The notes below the pieces were generated by a model. It saw nothing but the letters and a program-made list of their open reading frames with translations, had not been told where the DNA came from and made no database searches. A stretch of 64,000 bases of DNA from Octopus sinensis. Taxonomy: Eukaryota. The stretch lies in NCBI RefSeq assembly GCF_006345805.1, contig NC_043016.1, positions 14,012,001-14,076,000 on the forward strand, given 5' to 3'. Of the stretch, positions 52,330-64,000 are shown piece by piece (within the stretch, counting starts at the first letter, position 1; each line of letters opens with the position of its first letter). Position numbers and translations under genes: made by a program.

Positions 52330-55080
52330 ATATAAGGTAATAAAATATATGGAAACTTATAAAAATATTAGAATGGTTATCTTTGCCTTCACACTGCCTA
52401 ACTAATATTGTGTACTAATGACAGTGAATTAATAACTAAAACCTACAAAAAAGTAACTGAGGTTGTCAGAGTGAGAAATAAGATAATTAACAGGAGACTA
52501 GTTATGGGCACCACACCAGCTATATTTCCACTTATACCCCACAGTCAAGATTGGCAGAGGAAGAGAACCATATCAATGAGACCCTTCAGCAGACTACCTC
52601 AATAACGACCAAAGGTATCTTCGTTATCATGGCCGGTGATATTAATGGGTATCATCATCATCATCGTTTAACGTCCGTTTTCCATGCTGGCATGGGTTGG
52701 ACGGTTAAACTGGGGTCTGTGAAGCCAGAAGGCTGCACCAGGCCCAGTCTGATCTGGCAATGTTTCTACAGCCCTTCCTAACACCAACCACTCCGTGAGT
52801 GTAGTGGGTGCTTTTTGCATGCCACCGGCACGGGGGCCAGGTGAGGCTGGCAACGGCCACGAACGGATGGTGCTTTTTACGTGCCACCAGCACGTTGGTC
52901 AAAATCCATTATGTCCATAGAGGTTTGGATATGGTATGAGAAATGAGGAGGATGTAAGGTGCCTGGAGTTCTGTGATGTAATTGATCGAACAATTTGTTT
53001 TAACACACATTTCAAGAAACTGACCGGCCACCTTATCACTGACCATTCCAGTGAGCACACAAGTCAGATGATAGATTTTATTTTCACCAGGAAATGTGAA
53101 TAGACAGGTCATTGTAAATGTCAAAACTTTTCCAAGTAAAGAAGGTACAGTCCTTCGTAAATTAGTGGCTTATGACTTCAGAATGAAAGCTAGACAGACA
53201 CAGAGGCAGAAGACAATATGGAAGAGGAAGGAATGAAAGCTGAAAGATCCTGCAGTTGGTCATATCTTCAGAGAAATTCTAATTGATGTGTATAACAGTG
53301 CAAAGAAGTAGTTAGATTCCTATGGTACAGACAACAACTAGGAGTCCCAGCAAAATAACCTGCAAAGGGCTACAGACCCAGACATGTGGCTGGTACAAGG
53401 TCTCAGCCACACCAAAAATAGGCAGGGCTGTAAAAGCTAAGAGACTGCAAAATATGGAAGGAAGGTAAAAATAAAGAACATTATCAGGAAAGCTAGAAAG
53501 GGAGCTTGGCATCAGATATTCTTAGCTAGGGAAGAAGCAGAAGAGAAGGATTTGCTCATGTTCTTCAAAGTGAGGATGAGAGGCATCAGCAGTTCAGAGT
53601 TGTTCTCGCTAACATACTAAGTTAGGTGGTAGAGAGATATCGTTAGGGAGATGTGTATCTGAAATGATGAAGGCACATTTGTCTTTACTGCTGATGACAA
53701 GAAAGAGACACAGAACTGCTCTTATCAGAGGCTGTTAAATGTAGAGAGTGCATTGGATAAAGAGGGGAAACCTTATGCTGATCCTATAGAGGGGCCAGCA
53801 ATTCAAATTGACATCAGTGTGGTAGATAATATGATTAACAACATAATGGTGAAGAAAGTTGCTCAAGAATAGGTGCTGAGAAGCTCAAAATATCTGGTGA
53901 GGTAGTCACTCAACATTTGAATCAACTATACAAAAAATATCATACCTGATAGCTTACTTAGCAAAATCTTTGTAAACTGTTATGAGGATGATTTAGAGAG
54001 AAGAGATTGCAGAGGAATCGAATTGCTGGAACAGAAATTTTGTCAAGAGTCATAGCACAACAGATCAGACAGCTAGTCTAGCTTCATGTGAGGCACCACA
54101 CATGCAATTTTTCTGATATGGCAAATGTAAGAGAAATAGTTAGCTAAGAGTAAACAAATGTATCTGGAATTTATTGATTTGGAGAAGGCTTTTGATAGAG
54201 TGTCACACTCCATATTCTGGTGGTCCCTAAGGAAACTAGATGTGGATGAATGTCTTGTGAGGGCAATTCAAACTCTGTACGGAGGTGCTTAAAGTAAGAT
54301 ATTACAGAATGTGCGCAATAGCTTCGGTAATGAATTTAACATGAAGGTAGAGGTTCATCAAAGCTTCTCCTATCTATCAGGTGAGTTTGAGACTGACTGT
54401 CCATCGGATCTCTTATGTGCTGATGATCTAGTCCTTATGGCTAGATTTATGGTGGGATTAGAAGAAATTCCAGGCATGGAAGCTAAACCAGGAATCAAGA
54501 GCCTTAAGGTCAACTTAACAACAACAAAAGTTTTAGTAAGTAGGAAAGAAAACAGGATATCAGTACCATAAAGAAAATGGCCTATTTCAATTTTCAGAAA
54601 AGGAGTAGGTATAAATTCCGTAAACTACGCAATGTAAGCTCTAGACAATCAAGAAGTGTTGTGGGATTACAGCTGGACTATCAGGTACAGCATGCTTCCT
54701 ATGTGGCACTGATGCACTTGAACAGTAAGCACTGAGAACACACAGGAAATAGACTCTCCTAAATGCTTGGCTGACTCACTGGAAATAGTCGATAACTTTT
54801 GTTACCTTGGTGATATAATTAGCAAGGAAGGTGATTGTTTAGAAAAATGTAGCAACCCAAGTATGAATGAGTTGGAAAAAATTCAGGGAGCTACTACCTC
54901 TGTTGACAATGTAAATTTCTTCCCTCAGGGTGAAAGGTAGATTGAATGATACTTGCATTAGAACTGCTACACACCAGATCTAACACAAGCCTTGACTGCT
55001 GAAGAAATAAGATAAACATGTACTATGTTATGTATAATGTCAGTTATGCATGAATGGCAGAGAACAAATAAACACTCTCC
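52330..55080 (+). mobile_element. Old near-full-length RTE LINE including the APE endonuclease region, with a nested RTE 3' UTR at about 52650-52900
   Basis: EN-like TYTPQ...VIMAGDING, GFGYGMRNEE and HLIT...SQ.ID motifs; RT LEKAFDRV, LCADD and FCYLGD. Confidence 0.75.
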
Positions 55081-55594
55081 TATTCATGCTAGTCGTTTTG
55101 ATGTCATTCTTCTTCCTCTTCCTTCTCTCCAACCTCTCTCCTTGTCACCAGAGCAAGTGCACACACCCTAATTCACTGAATACTCTCTACGACTCTCCTA
55201 TCCCTACCCTATAATAACTATTTCTCTTTTCAAATTTACATTTACTGTGTACAAAGCACATCCCACACCTACTGTTTCCCACTGAATAGCAGGAGCTAAA
55301 CAAGCAAAGAAAATGCAGGTTATGAGGTCCCTCAAGTCCGAGTTGACTCCTAGTTGCCTCCCATCAGGAGCTGTAACTTTCGATGGGAGACAACTCAGAT
55401 CAGGAGGCCATGTCCAACCAATTCTAGCATGGAAAGCAGACATAAAATGATGATGATATATATATATATAAATATAATTAAGGGTTAAGCAACAAGTTGC
55501 TTCACCACATACCGAAAATTTAGAAATAGCAGCAAAAGACAGCTCATTTCTTTTTACTATATATATATTATATATATATATATTATATATATAT

Positions 55595-55675
<81 letters not shown>

Positions 55676-55924
55676 TATAAAGATAGATAGACAGACAGAT
55701 AGATATGTAGAAAATTAATATAAACAGCAGTTTGCTATGTTTCACAAAAAGGAGATTTACAAATGTCACAAGATGTGTCTAGGGTGTTAGGAAGCACCTA
55801 CATTGCTAGAAATAAGAGTCAAATCGCTCTCATGCAGTAGTCAATGCACATGAAGGAAAACACATAGACCAACAAGGACCATAATTGTTTGAAAAGTACT
55901 CATTGAGAATTTTAAAAACTGATG

Positions 55925-55963
55925 CATCCGTTTCACAGCAATTTCTGCTGCCTCATCAGTTAA
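55925..55963 (-). ncRNA. Hammerhead-like motif
   Basis: CUGAUGA-G-GCAGCA(GAAAU)UGCUGU-GAAA; stems I and III are not cleanly reconstructable. Confidence 0.5.
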
Positions 55964-56166
55964 GACAGCTCATCTTCAGCTCTTTCTGGACTTGCTTCGC
56001 CATTAGTATTTATGTGTTCATCATCCAAATAATTGGATGATTTAGTGATTCACTAATATATATAGTATATATATATTGTTTGTATTCCACCTGCCTTCGT
56101 CTTTTGTTTATTTCCGTAAACCTGCCTTCGTCTTTTGTCTATTTCATAAAGCTTCCCGTTATATAA

Positions 56167-56204
<38 letters not shown>

Positions 56205-56439
56205 TATATATAATGTGTGTGTATATATATATATATCAGACTGGAGCCTGGTGCAGCCTCCTGGCTTCCCAGACCCCAGTCGAACCGTCCAACCCATGCT
56301 AGTATGGAAAACGGACGTTAAAGGATGATGATGATGATATATATATATATATATATAAGTATATATGTATATATATATATATATACACATTCACACACGT
56401 GTGTTGTGTGTGTAATATAAATACATACACATATGCATA

Positions 56440-57650
56440 AAATCAGTGCAAACATACCTAGTAGTTGGTGTAAACTCTGACCATAATCCAATTATCATTA
56501 GTCTTAAAATCAAAGTCAATACCAAAAATGACATCACCAAAGGGGGGAAAAAAGTAAACCTGAATCAATTTCAAAAGAAAGATTACAGAAAGAAATACAA
56601 TGTTGATGTTAGAAATACCTATGATAAACCAGGCCAAGAAGAATCTCTGTAAAAACCTGATAATGAAGACAATATTATGGAAATGTCACAAAAACAGTGG
56701 AACATTTTACTTAAAAAAATCAATCCGTTCAGCATCAACAATAATACTTCCTCAAAGTTAAACAAATAAAAAGAAGAAATGGATAACCAATGAGGCCTTA
56801 GCAGAGATGGAAGAAGGCAGGAAGTAGAAGGACAAAATCCTGAAAAACAGGAGACGGAACAAAGAAAGCAACTTAGAATGCAGAAAAATCAAAGCTAACT
56901 GAACGATGTAAAGAAATAGATCTTGAAGAACAGCACAAATCAAAGCAGATGCATGATAAAGTGAAAAAAAAAAAAAAATAACCAACAGTAAACATATAAA
57001 AAGAGAAAGTGGATACATCAATTATAAAACTAGAAATATCTTATTTGAAGAGAAACAAATAACAGCAAAATGAGCTGAACAGATCTCAGAACTTTATGAT
57101 GGTGACAAACCATCAATTTCTGATTTGAAGTTACAACCAGAAATAATATTCTACAGGAAGAAGTAGAAGAGACAATAGAATTAATGAAGAATAGGAAAGC
57201 GACAGGACCGGATGAAATACCAGCAGAGAGTCTAAAAGCCGTAGCTGACCAGAACAAAGACACATTAGCAAAGTTGTGCAACATCATAAATAATACCAAA
57301 CACATACCTACTGAAATAAAAAAAAAAATGAGAAAAAAAATCCACATTTGTTTCACTTTCCAAATAACAAAGGCCCAAGATTACTCAGATTATAAAACAA
57401 TAAGTCTAATGACCCATGAAACAGAATCCCTCCTAAGGGTTCTTTAACAATGAATTACCAAAAGAATTGACAGAGAAATAAGTAGATTACATAATGGGTT
57501 TTAGACCTAATATGGGAACAAGAGAGGGAATATTCAACCTTAAAACCACCTGTGAAAGGTACATAGATGTCATTAAAGGTATTAGATATATACATGTATG
57601 TATGTATGTGTGTGTGTGTGCATATATGTGTATGTATATATATGTATGTA

Positions 57651-57692
<42 letters not shown>

Positions 57693-58086
57693 TGGAGGCA
57701 ATGACCGAGATCTTTGGCATTATGTTGTGCTTGAGAAAAAGACCCATCAAGCCGAGCAAAATCGCAGTCGTAGCAGATACCAATGTCATGCAAATTGGCA
57801 CCCATGTCGGTGGCACATAAAAGCACCCCAGAGTCATGCAAATGGCACCCATACTGGTGGTACGTAAAAGCATCCATTAACTCTTGGAGTGACTGACGTT
57901 AGGAAGGGTATCCAACCATAGAAACCCATGCCAAATCAGATTGGAGTCTGGTGCAGCCTTCCAACAAGCCAGCCTGGTCAAACTGTCCAACCCATGTCAG
58001 CAAGAACAACGGACGTTAAATGATGATGATGATGATGATGATGGTGATGGTAATGGTGATGACGATGATGGTGATGATGATGATGG

Positions 58087-58117
<31 letters not shown>

Positions 58118-58176
58118 GGTGATGATGATGATGGTGATGATGATGATGATGACGATGATGGTGATGATGATGATGG

Positions 58177-58207
<31 letters not shown>

Positions 58208-58500
58208 ATGTTTTATAGATTCCACCAAGGATTTTGATGGGTGAAATACATCTGCAATGGCAAAAACTTACAGATTATAATAAAAATCTTTTGGAAGCAA
58301 ACAGCAGAAGTAAGAACAAAACATGGAGGAGCTAGATCAGAGTTCAAAATAAAGAGTGAGACAAGGATGTGTTATATCTTCCAGTCTCTTAAACCTATAC
58401 AATAAAAATTATTCCAAGAAGTTAAAGACAAGTCAGGAATTATTGTTGGCAGATTTAATCTCAGCAACAACCAAAAAGCTGATGGTACTGCAGTATTAAC
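56440..58500 (+). mobile_element. Second RTE family (BovB-like) relic, interrupted at about 57585-58205
   Basis: NSDHNPII, MKNRKATGPDEIPAE, YKTISLMTH, GFRPNMGTREGIFNL, ICFIDSTK, and a VRQGCV-like motif. Confidence 0.75.
57700..58205 (+). mobile_element. RTE 3' UTR copy with expanded (GAT/GGT)n tail (58021-58205)
   Basis: GGACGTTAAA runs directly into about 185 bp of GAT/GGT triplets. Confidence 0.85.
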
Positions 58501-59255
58501 ATCATCATCATCATCATCATTAGAATCCATTTTCCATGCTGGCATGGGTTAGACAACTTGACTGGAACTGGTTAGCTGGAGAGCTGCGCCAGGTTCCAAT
58601 CTGAATTTGATATGGTTTCTATGGCTGGATGCCCTTCCTAACACCAACCACTCTAAGTATGTAGTGAGTGCCTTTTATGTGTAACCGGCACTGGCTACAA
58701 CTGTTATTTTACTTGGCTTGACATGTCTTAGTGCAATTGGCCAATGCAATCAGTGAAACGGTAAAACCAAATGGAACGGAAATAAACAAAGTAAAAACTA
58801 TGGCAGACAAGGAGGAACAAACATCTCCTAACACCAATACAATCATAAATAGAACACCAATAGTACAAATACCAAACTCGGTCTGTCTTGAAGCACCATC
58901 CGCTCGTGTCTGTTGCCAGCCTCGCCTGGCCCCCGCGCCGGTGGCACGTAAAAGCAACATCCGCTCGTGTCCGTTGCCAGCCTCGCCTGGCCCCCGTGCC
59001 GGTGGCACATAAAAGCGCCATCCGATCGTGGCTGTTTGCTAGCTCTGTCTGGCACCTGTGCAGGTGGCACGTAAAAAGCACCCACTACACTCACGGAGTG
59101 GTTGGCATTAAGAAGGGCATCCAGCTGCAGAAACATTGCCAGATCAGACTGGGCCTGGTGCTGCCTTCTGGCTTCCCAGACCCCAGTTGAACTGTCCAAC
59201 CCATGCTAGCATGGAAAACGGACGCTAAACGATGATGATGATGATGATGATGATA
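58500..59255. mobile_element. Two RTE 3' UTR copies in opposite orientation (58500-58740 minus, 58880-59255 plus)
   Basis: CATCAT and GATGAT tails; the plus copy keeps CpGs and three tandem units of about 60 bp. Confidence 0.85.
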
Positions 59256-60569
59256 AAATGGTAAATGTGAAAGTGAAATTAGATGAAGAATAGAAATTAT
59301 GGGGAAAACATTTCTAAAGATGTTAAAAAAGCTTTAACATTAAGCATCCACCCACTTCTTCTCAGTTTGTACCTTGCAGGGCCACATGAGCCCCTCATCA
59401 CTTTTATCTATCACTTGCACCTCTTACTGATCGTTTGTTTCCTTTCTCTCTCTCCCTCTTTCCCTTATAGGAACCTGCTCTGCCCCACTGACCACCACCA
59501 CAACCACCACCACCAATAACCACCGCTACCACCACTTCCACCACCCTCATTGTAATCCCCTCATCCTCTAGCATGAAGGTGACCTCCATCTCCCCTAGGG
59601 TTTGTAGTCTTGCAAAGTGCATGGTGACATCGATAGTGCAGGTGGTACGATAAACACACCCAGCCCATGTTGTAAACTGTTTGGTACAAGGAAAGGCATC
59701 CAGCGATAGGAACCACGCCAGAGCAGATAATTAGAGCTCAATACAGTCCCTAGACAAATCAGTCCAGTCAAAGCATCCAACCCATGCCAGCATGATACAT
59801 GGACGTTAAATGATGATGATGATGAAGAGGAGAAGGGGGAGTGGAGGAGGAAGGAAGGAAGAGGATGATGTGAGGGGAAGAGGAGGAGGAAGGAAGGAAG
59901 GGGATGATGGGGGAAGGAGGAGGAGGAGGAGACAACAATGAAGAAGAAGAAGAAGAAGAAGAAGAAGAAGGGGTGAGTAAATGTTACATATGGTCCATAT
60001 GCTAATATATGGAGCAGAAACATGGACATTGATGAAAACTGACAAACTGGAAGGTCTTGGAGCGGGGGGGGGACCTACAGAAGAATGTTAAGAATATCTT
60101 GGGCACAAAAAAAATGAAATCAAGAAAAAAAAAGAAAAGGGTGTCACAACCAGCAAACTATAAAAAAGACCACTTCTCTCAACACCACTGCCACACACAA
60201 ACACAAACACACATAATTTTCTTTCAGCTGAGCCATGTACCATTTACCTCCCTCCTTCCACTCAGTGACAGAGTAGAACAAGCACAGACAAGAGTTTGTT
60301 GATCAAAACTGCCATCTAACAGTACAAACTTTGGTGTTTTCTTTCAATTTGTCACAGTTGTGTAAATTACATAACAATCGAATGAAATCAGTGATGCGTA
60401 TAGAGTTTCCTTCCTAAATTCATTTCAATACATCCAGAAATTATTAACCTGCTACATGCAGCCTTCTCCAACATGTATCTTACATGATACACATCACACT
60501 TGTTACATTAGTACTCGGTACCTGTTAATTAGAGAAAGATAAACTAGTCTTAATTTGTTGTATATACAT

Positions 60570-60586
60570 ATCTATCTATCTTTCTA

Positions 60587-60673
<87 letters not shown>

Positions 60674-60805
60674 GCCTGCCTATCTATCTACCTATCTGCC
60701 TGCCTGTCTGTCTATTTATTTATCTATCTATTGATCTGTCTGCCTACCTACCTGTATGTCTGTCTGCCTGTCTATCTATCTACCTGCCTGCTTATCTATC
60801 TATTT
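60570..60805. repeat. Compound (TCTA/TCTG/CCTG)n microsatellite
   Basis: Seen directly. Confidence 0.92.
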
Positions 60806-60810
60806 ATGAC

Positions 60811-60955
60811 AACCCTAACCCTAACCCTAAAACCCTGACCCTAACCCTAAAACCTTAACCCTAACCCTAAACCTTAACCCTAACCCTAAAACCTTAACCC
60901 TAACCCTAAAACCCTACCCCTGACCCTAAAACCCTAACCATAACCCTAAAACCTT
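60811..60955 (+). repeat. Interstitial telomere-like (AACCCT)n array
   Basis: AACCCT units organised as a 20-bp unit AAAACCYT-AACCCT-AACCCT about 7 times. Confidence 0.9.
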
Positions 60956-61770
60956 AAAGCTAAAACCAGTATAAACGAACGAACGATGTCATATATAACA
61001 GTGACAAACGAAATATACACCACCGGAAATTCTTGTTGACAAACAACAGCAGTAATTTTATTCAGCTGAATATACGTCATTGATTGGTTGAAATTACCGA
61101 AATACGACAACTTTGACGTGAAATAACTTCGTAAATATAAGTTTTTCTCTAAAATGCTAAGAGTAAAACATGTTCTATATGACACATTCTACCAGTGTCC
61201 GAAGTTTGAAAGTGTTTAGTTACAAAAAAATATTTTTTAAATCTGTAGGTCAAAAGGTAAAGATCCGATGTATATCTCAAAACTGTAACAAGAATGGTTC
61301 ATGAAATTATTAACATCTCTAAATACATTAAAAATAACTAAATCAAAATTAAACCCAAATGTTAGGAAATGTATCAGATAGTAAAGCTAGAAGGGCGAAC
61401 CATCATCCAGTTTGTTAATTCTCCATTGGTATTATTTGCAATTATTAAATGACTAAACAGAGAATATCTCATGTTGTCATATTCGTGGTACTCAAGATCG
61501 ACAAATTTGCAAGTTTCCTCTCACCAGAAGTCGCCAAGCAAACGTCAATAAACGTGCCTATGTCATCACATTCCAAGCCAATCATTAGTCATAGTGGCCC
61601 GTTAATCCACCCAGATTTATTGGTGTCAGAAAACATATCTGTGTCACAATTTTTGCTCCAACTAACTAGTGCAACCAGTTCATAAATAAAAGTGCCAACA
61701 TAATAATTTCCCCCACTAGTCAGCGATTATTATTAGCGTCACTCATCAGAAGAGGTATTACACGGGAGCT

Positions 61771-61996
61771 TTAACCCTTTAGCAGTCAGCTTAATCTGTC
61801 AAACAATGCTTAATTATTCACATTGTTTTGAATTAATCATGTATTATCTCGTAGCTTCGAAATTTTAATAATGTGATTGTTTAATTTCAGAATGACATCG
61901 TACAGTAGGCGTGAGAGGCCAAACCTGGCTGATTTTATCATAAAACTAGTAGAACATTTAGGATACATATGACCAGATTAAATGCTAAAGGTTCAA
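61771..61996 (+). mobile_element. TTAA-flanked MITE, family 2
   Basis: TTAACCCTTTAGCA ... AATGCTAAAGGTTCAA. Confidence 0.7.
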
Positions 61997-62523
61997 CAAC
62001 TGAAATTGTGATAGTAACCATCAGCTAGGGGCCAGACGATTCAGTACTAAATCACAATGTACAAATAGACGCAGCGAAGATACTAGGAGTCGAAGTGCTT
62101 CTGGTGGTCATCGTGACAGTGGCAGTCATAAGAATTATGGCAGAAAGGGTCAATAGACTAGCTGCGGAATATTATACAGTTCAGCAATGGACTGCAGATT
62201 CAGACTAACGAAAACAGCAGACCAGTCATTCACTCATCAATTCAGACACAGTTTTACCAGCAACTAAGATACCACTGTACACACACACACACACACACAT
62301 ACACACAAAAGAAAGAGTCATATAACAGAGCCAAAGCTGAGCTCACACAAGAACTACCATGAAATCCCCAGGCAGGCTTTTTTTATCAACGATTCAGATA
62401 ACCGGCCTTTTCATGTCAGTTTCCACCAATAGTGCAGAACTGTTTTATTCATGTTTTGCTAGTATGCATTCTTCCTTATGCGGTACAGACGCACTACATA
62501 TAAACACACACACACACACACAC

Positions 62524-62580
<57 letters not shown>

Positions 62581-62989
62581 TCAGATAAAAACATCGTGTC
62601 AGTACAGACACGTTGGCAAAGAAGACTATTCATTCTCCCGGATAATCAATATTGTCCCCTGTAGTTTTTGCCTTTAATACAAACTTGGCAAAAGAAATGG
62701 TTATCTTTGAGTAAATGCGAAGAAACGACCTAATTTTTAAAAGATAGCAGTAATAATCAGGCAGTGAAATACATACCACGGGGAAAATTACTATACATAC
62801 ACCATGGCGACGAAAGAACCTGGAGAGGGCTATTGCAGATTGAAGAACTATCAAGAAAAAGTCCAGGGGAGGTTTCGAATTGAACCAATACCATCTCTAC
62901 GGAAAGTTTAGGCAAGATCCCCCGATAGGCTACATTAAGAGACTTGCATCTTGGGATTAAAAAATACCCAACATTCTCAATTTTTTCAG

Positions 62990-63770
62990 AGAAACAAGGA
63001 CGCCCCCAAACTAGAAAGGTACTGACCATCACTGGCAACTTCCACATTAATAATGACAACCGATAGGATTTATACGAGAAGCAGTGGTGGTAGAGGCATG
63101 AGGCCTTTGAATGCCATATTGTACCACTCAGACAACACCTGAACAGTAAAGAAAGAAACGAGTACATTCCATGCATACTCAAAATTGAGAGCAACAACGT
63201 CTTTAGAGTTGGAGAAGAACTACTGTGCAGGTACTCTGAGAATACAGCTATCTCATGCGACCCAAAAGGGGGCTGAACTGGCCTGCCATGATAGATCGTT
63301 AGCTCCTAAACGTATTTTTTTCTCTCCTTGTTTTTTTTCTGTGTATCTTTCTGTTGAAGAGCGTAGGCTCGAAACATAAAAGACTTTTTCTATTTCTATT
63401 CCTGAGCGCTATACTAATGCATTTGTTTGTACTCCACCTGCCTTCGTCTTTTGTTTATTTTCGTAAACTTTCCGTTATCTAAACAGAAGCTTTGAGAAGA
63501 GGCATCATACCAGCAAAAAGCAATGCATGCGTACATATCCTGTATGCTAGAGGATAACAACTACATTAACAGGAAGAGTAGCCTCTCCTCAAACTGTGAA
63601 AGATACATTACATCCCACGTAGAAGAATATGACTTCGTTATCCCGAAACAGGAGATAGCTACTAAATATTTAGTAAACAAGAGAGACATAAATACCACCA
63701 AGCCTCTACGTTGTGATAGAAAATGTCAGTTCTGCTATACCAGAGTGGAAGATATTCTTTTCTACTCTTG
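62990..63770 (+). mobile_element. Decayed R4/Dong-like (RLE-type) non-LTR retrotransposon fragment, interrupted at about 63260-63480
   Basis: TRKVLTITGNFH, DRIYTRSSGGRGM (DRLYxxRxxGGRG-like), KAMHAYI, QEIATKYL and KCQFCYTRVED (CxxC..ED zinc motif); recognised by eye. Confidence 0.55.
63347..63382 (+). ncRNA. Minimal hammerhead-like motif in a pLTR-like insertion (about 63260-63480)
   Basis: CUUU-CUGUUGA-A-GAG(CGUAGG)CUC-GAAA-CAUA-AAAG; the same TCCTGAGCG lies downstream as for the 11.6 kb motif; its 3' end recurs at 56085-56152. Confidence 0.55.
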
Positions 63771-63777
63771 GCATAAG

Positions 63778-64000
63778 GCACGAAATTTTGAGGGAGGGGG
63801 TCAGTCGATTAGATCGACTCCAATACGCATCCGGTACTTAATTTATCGACCCCGAAATGATGAAAGGCAAAGTCGAGCTCGGCGGAATTTGAACTCAGAA
63901 CGTAAAGACAGACGAAATGCCTATTTCTTTACTACCCACAAGGGGCTAAACACAGAGAGGACAAACAAGGATAGACAAACGGATTAAGTCGATTATATCG
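63778..64000 (-). mobile_element. SINE family B (63922-64000, cut by the window end) joined to a related SINE (63778-63921)
   Basis: Tail TATTTCTTTACTACCCACAAGGGGCTAAAC abuts AGACAGACGAAATGCC. Confidence 0.85.

Noticed and set aside
57941-58244. Poly-Asp, poly-Met and poly-Ile ORFs
   Set aside because: Arise from the GAT triplet array.
60811-60955. True telomere or chromosome end
   Set aside because: Short, degenerate and internal, with sequence continuing on both sides.

Overview
AT-rich, intron-containing animal genomic DNA, most likely from an octopod cephalopod. This is inferred from the SINE/RTE repeat complement, the dense microsatellites and the mollusc-like Rab1 protein. One protein-coding gene is firmly supported: a 7-coding-exon Rab1 GTPase on the minus strand (ATG at 33314, stop at 25822; 618 nt, 205 aa, all introns GT-AG). 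The rest is mostly repeats: decayed RTE LINEs and their (GAT)n-tailed 3' UTRs, two tRNA-derived SINE families, Tc1 and mariner transposons, hAT-, piggyBac- and pogo-like MITEs, CR1-like, R4-like, Helitron-like and gag-like relics, and simple repeats. The most striking unexplained structure is a set of about nine minimal type I hammerhead-ribozyme-like motifs of the kind known from Penelope-like elements. Three lie co-oriented within 800 bp, and several sit inside long fold-back palindromes, one of which also carries a tRNA-like head. All have at least one deviation from consensus. Other points of interest are an unusual NKCDQ G4 region in Rab1, SINE-into-SINE insertion at the same homologous site at two loci, a PHD-like finger inside the RTE reverse transcriptase, and a telomere-like array with a 20-bp higher-order unit. 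All reading was by eye; repeat boundaries are approximate unless TIRs or TSDs are quoted.
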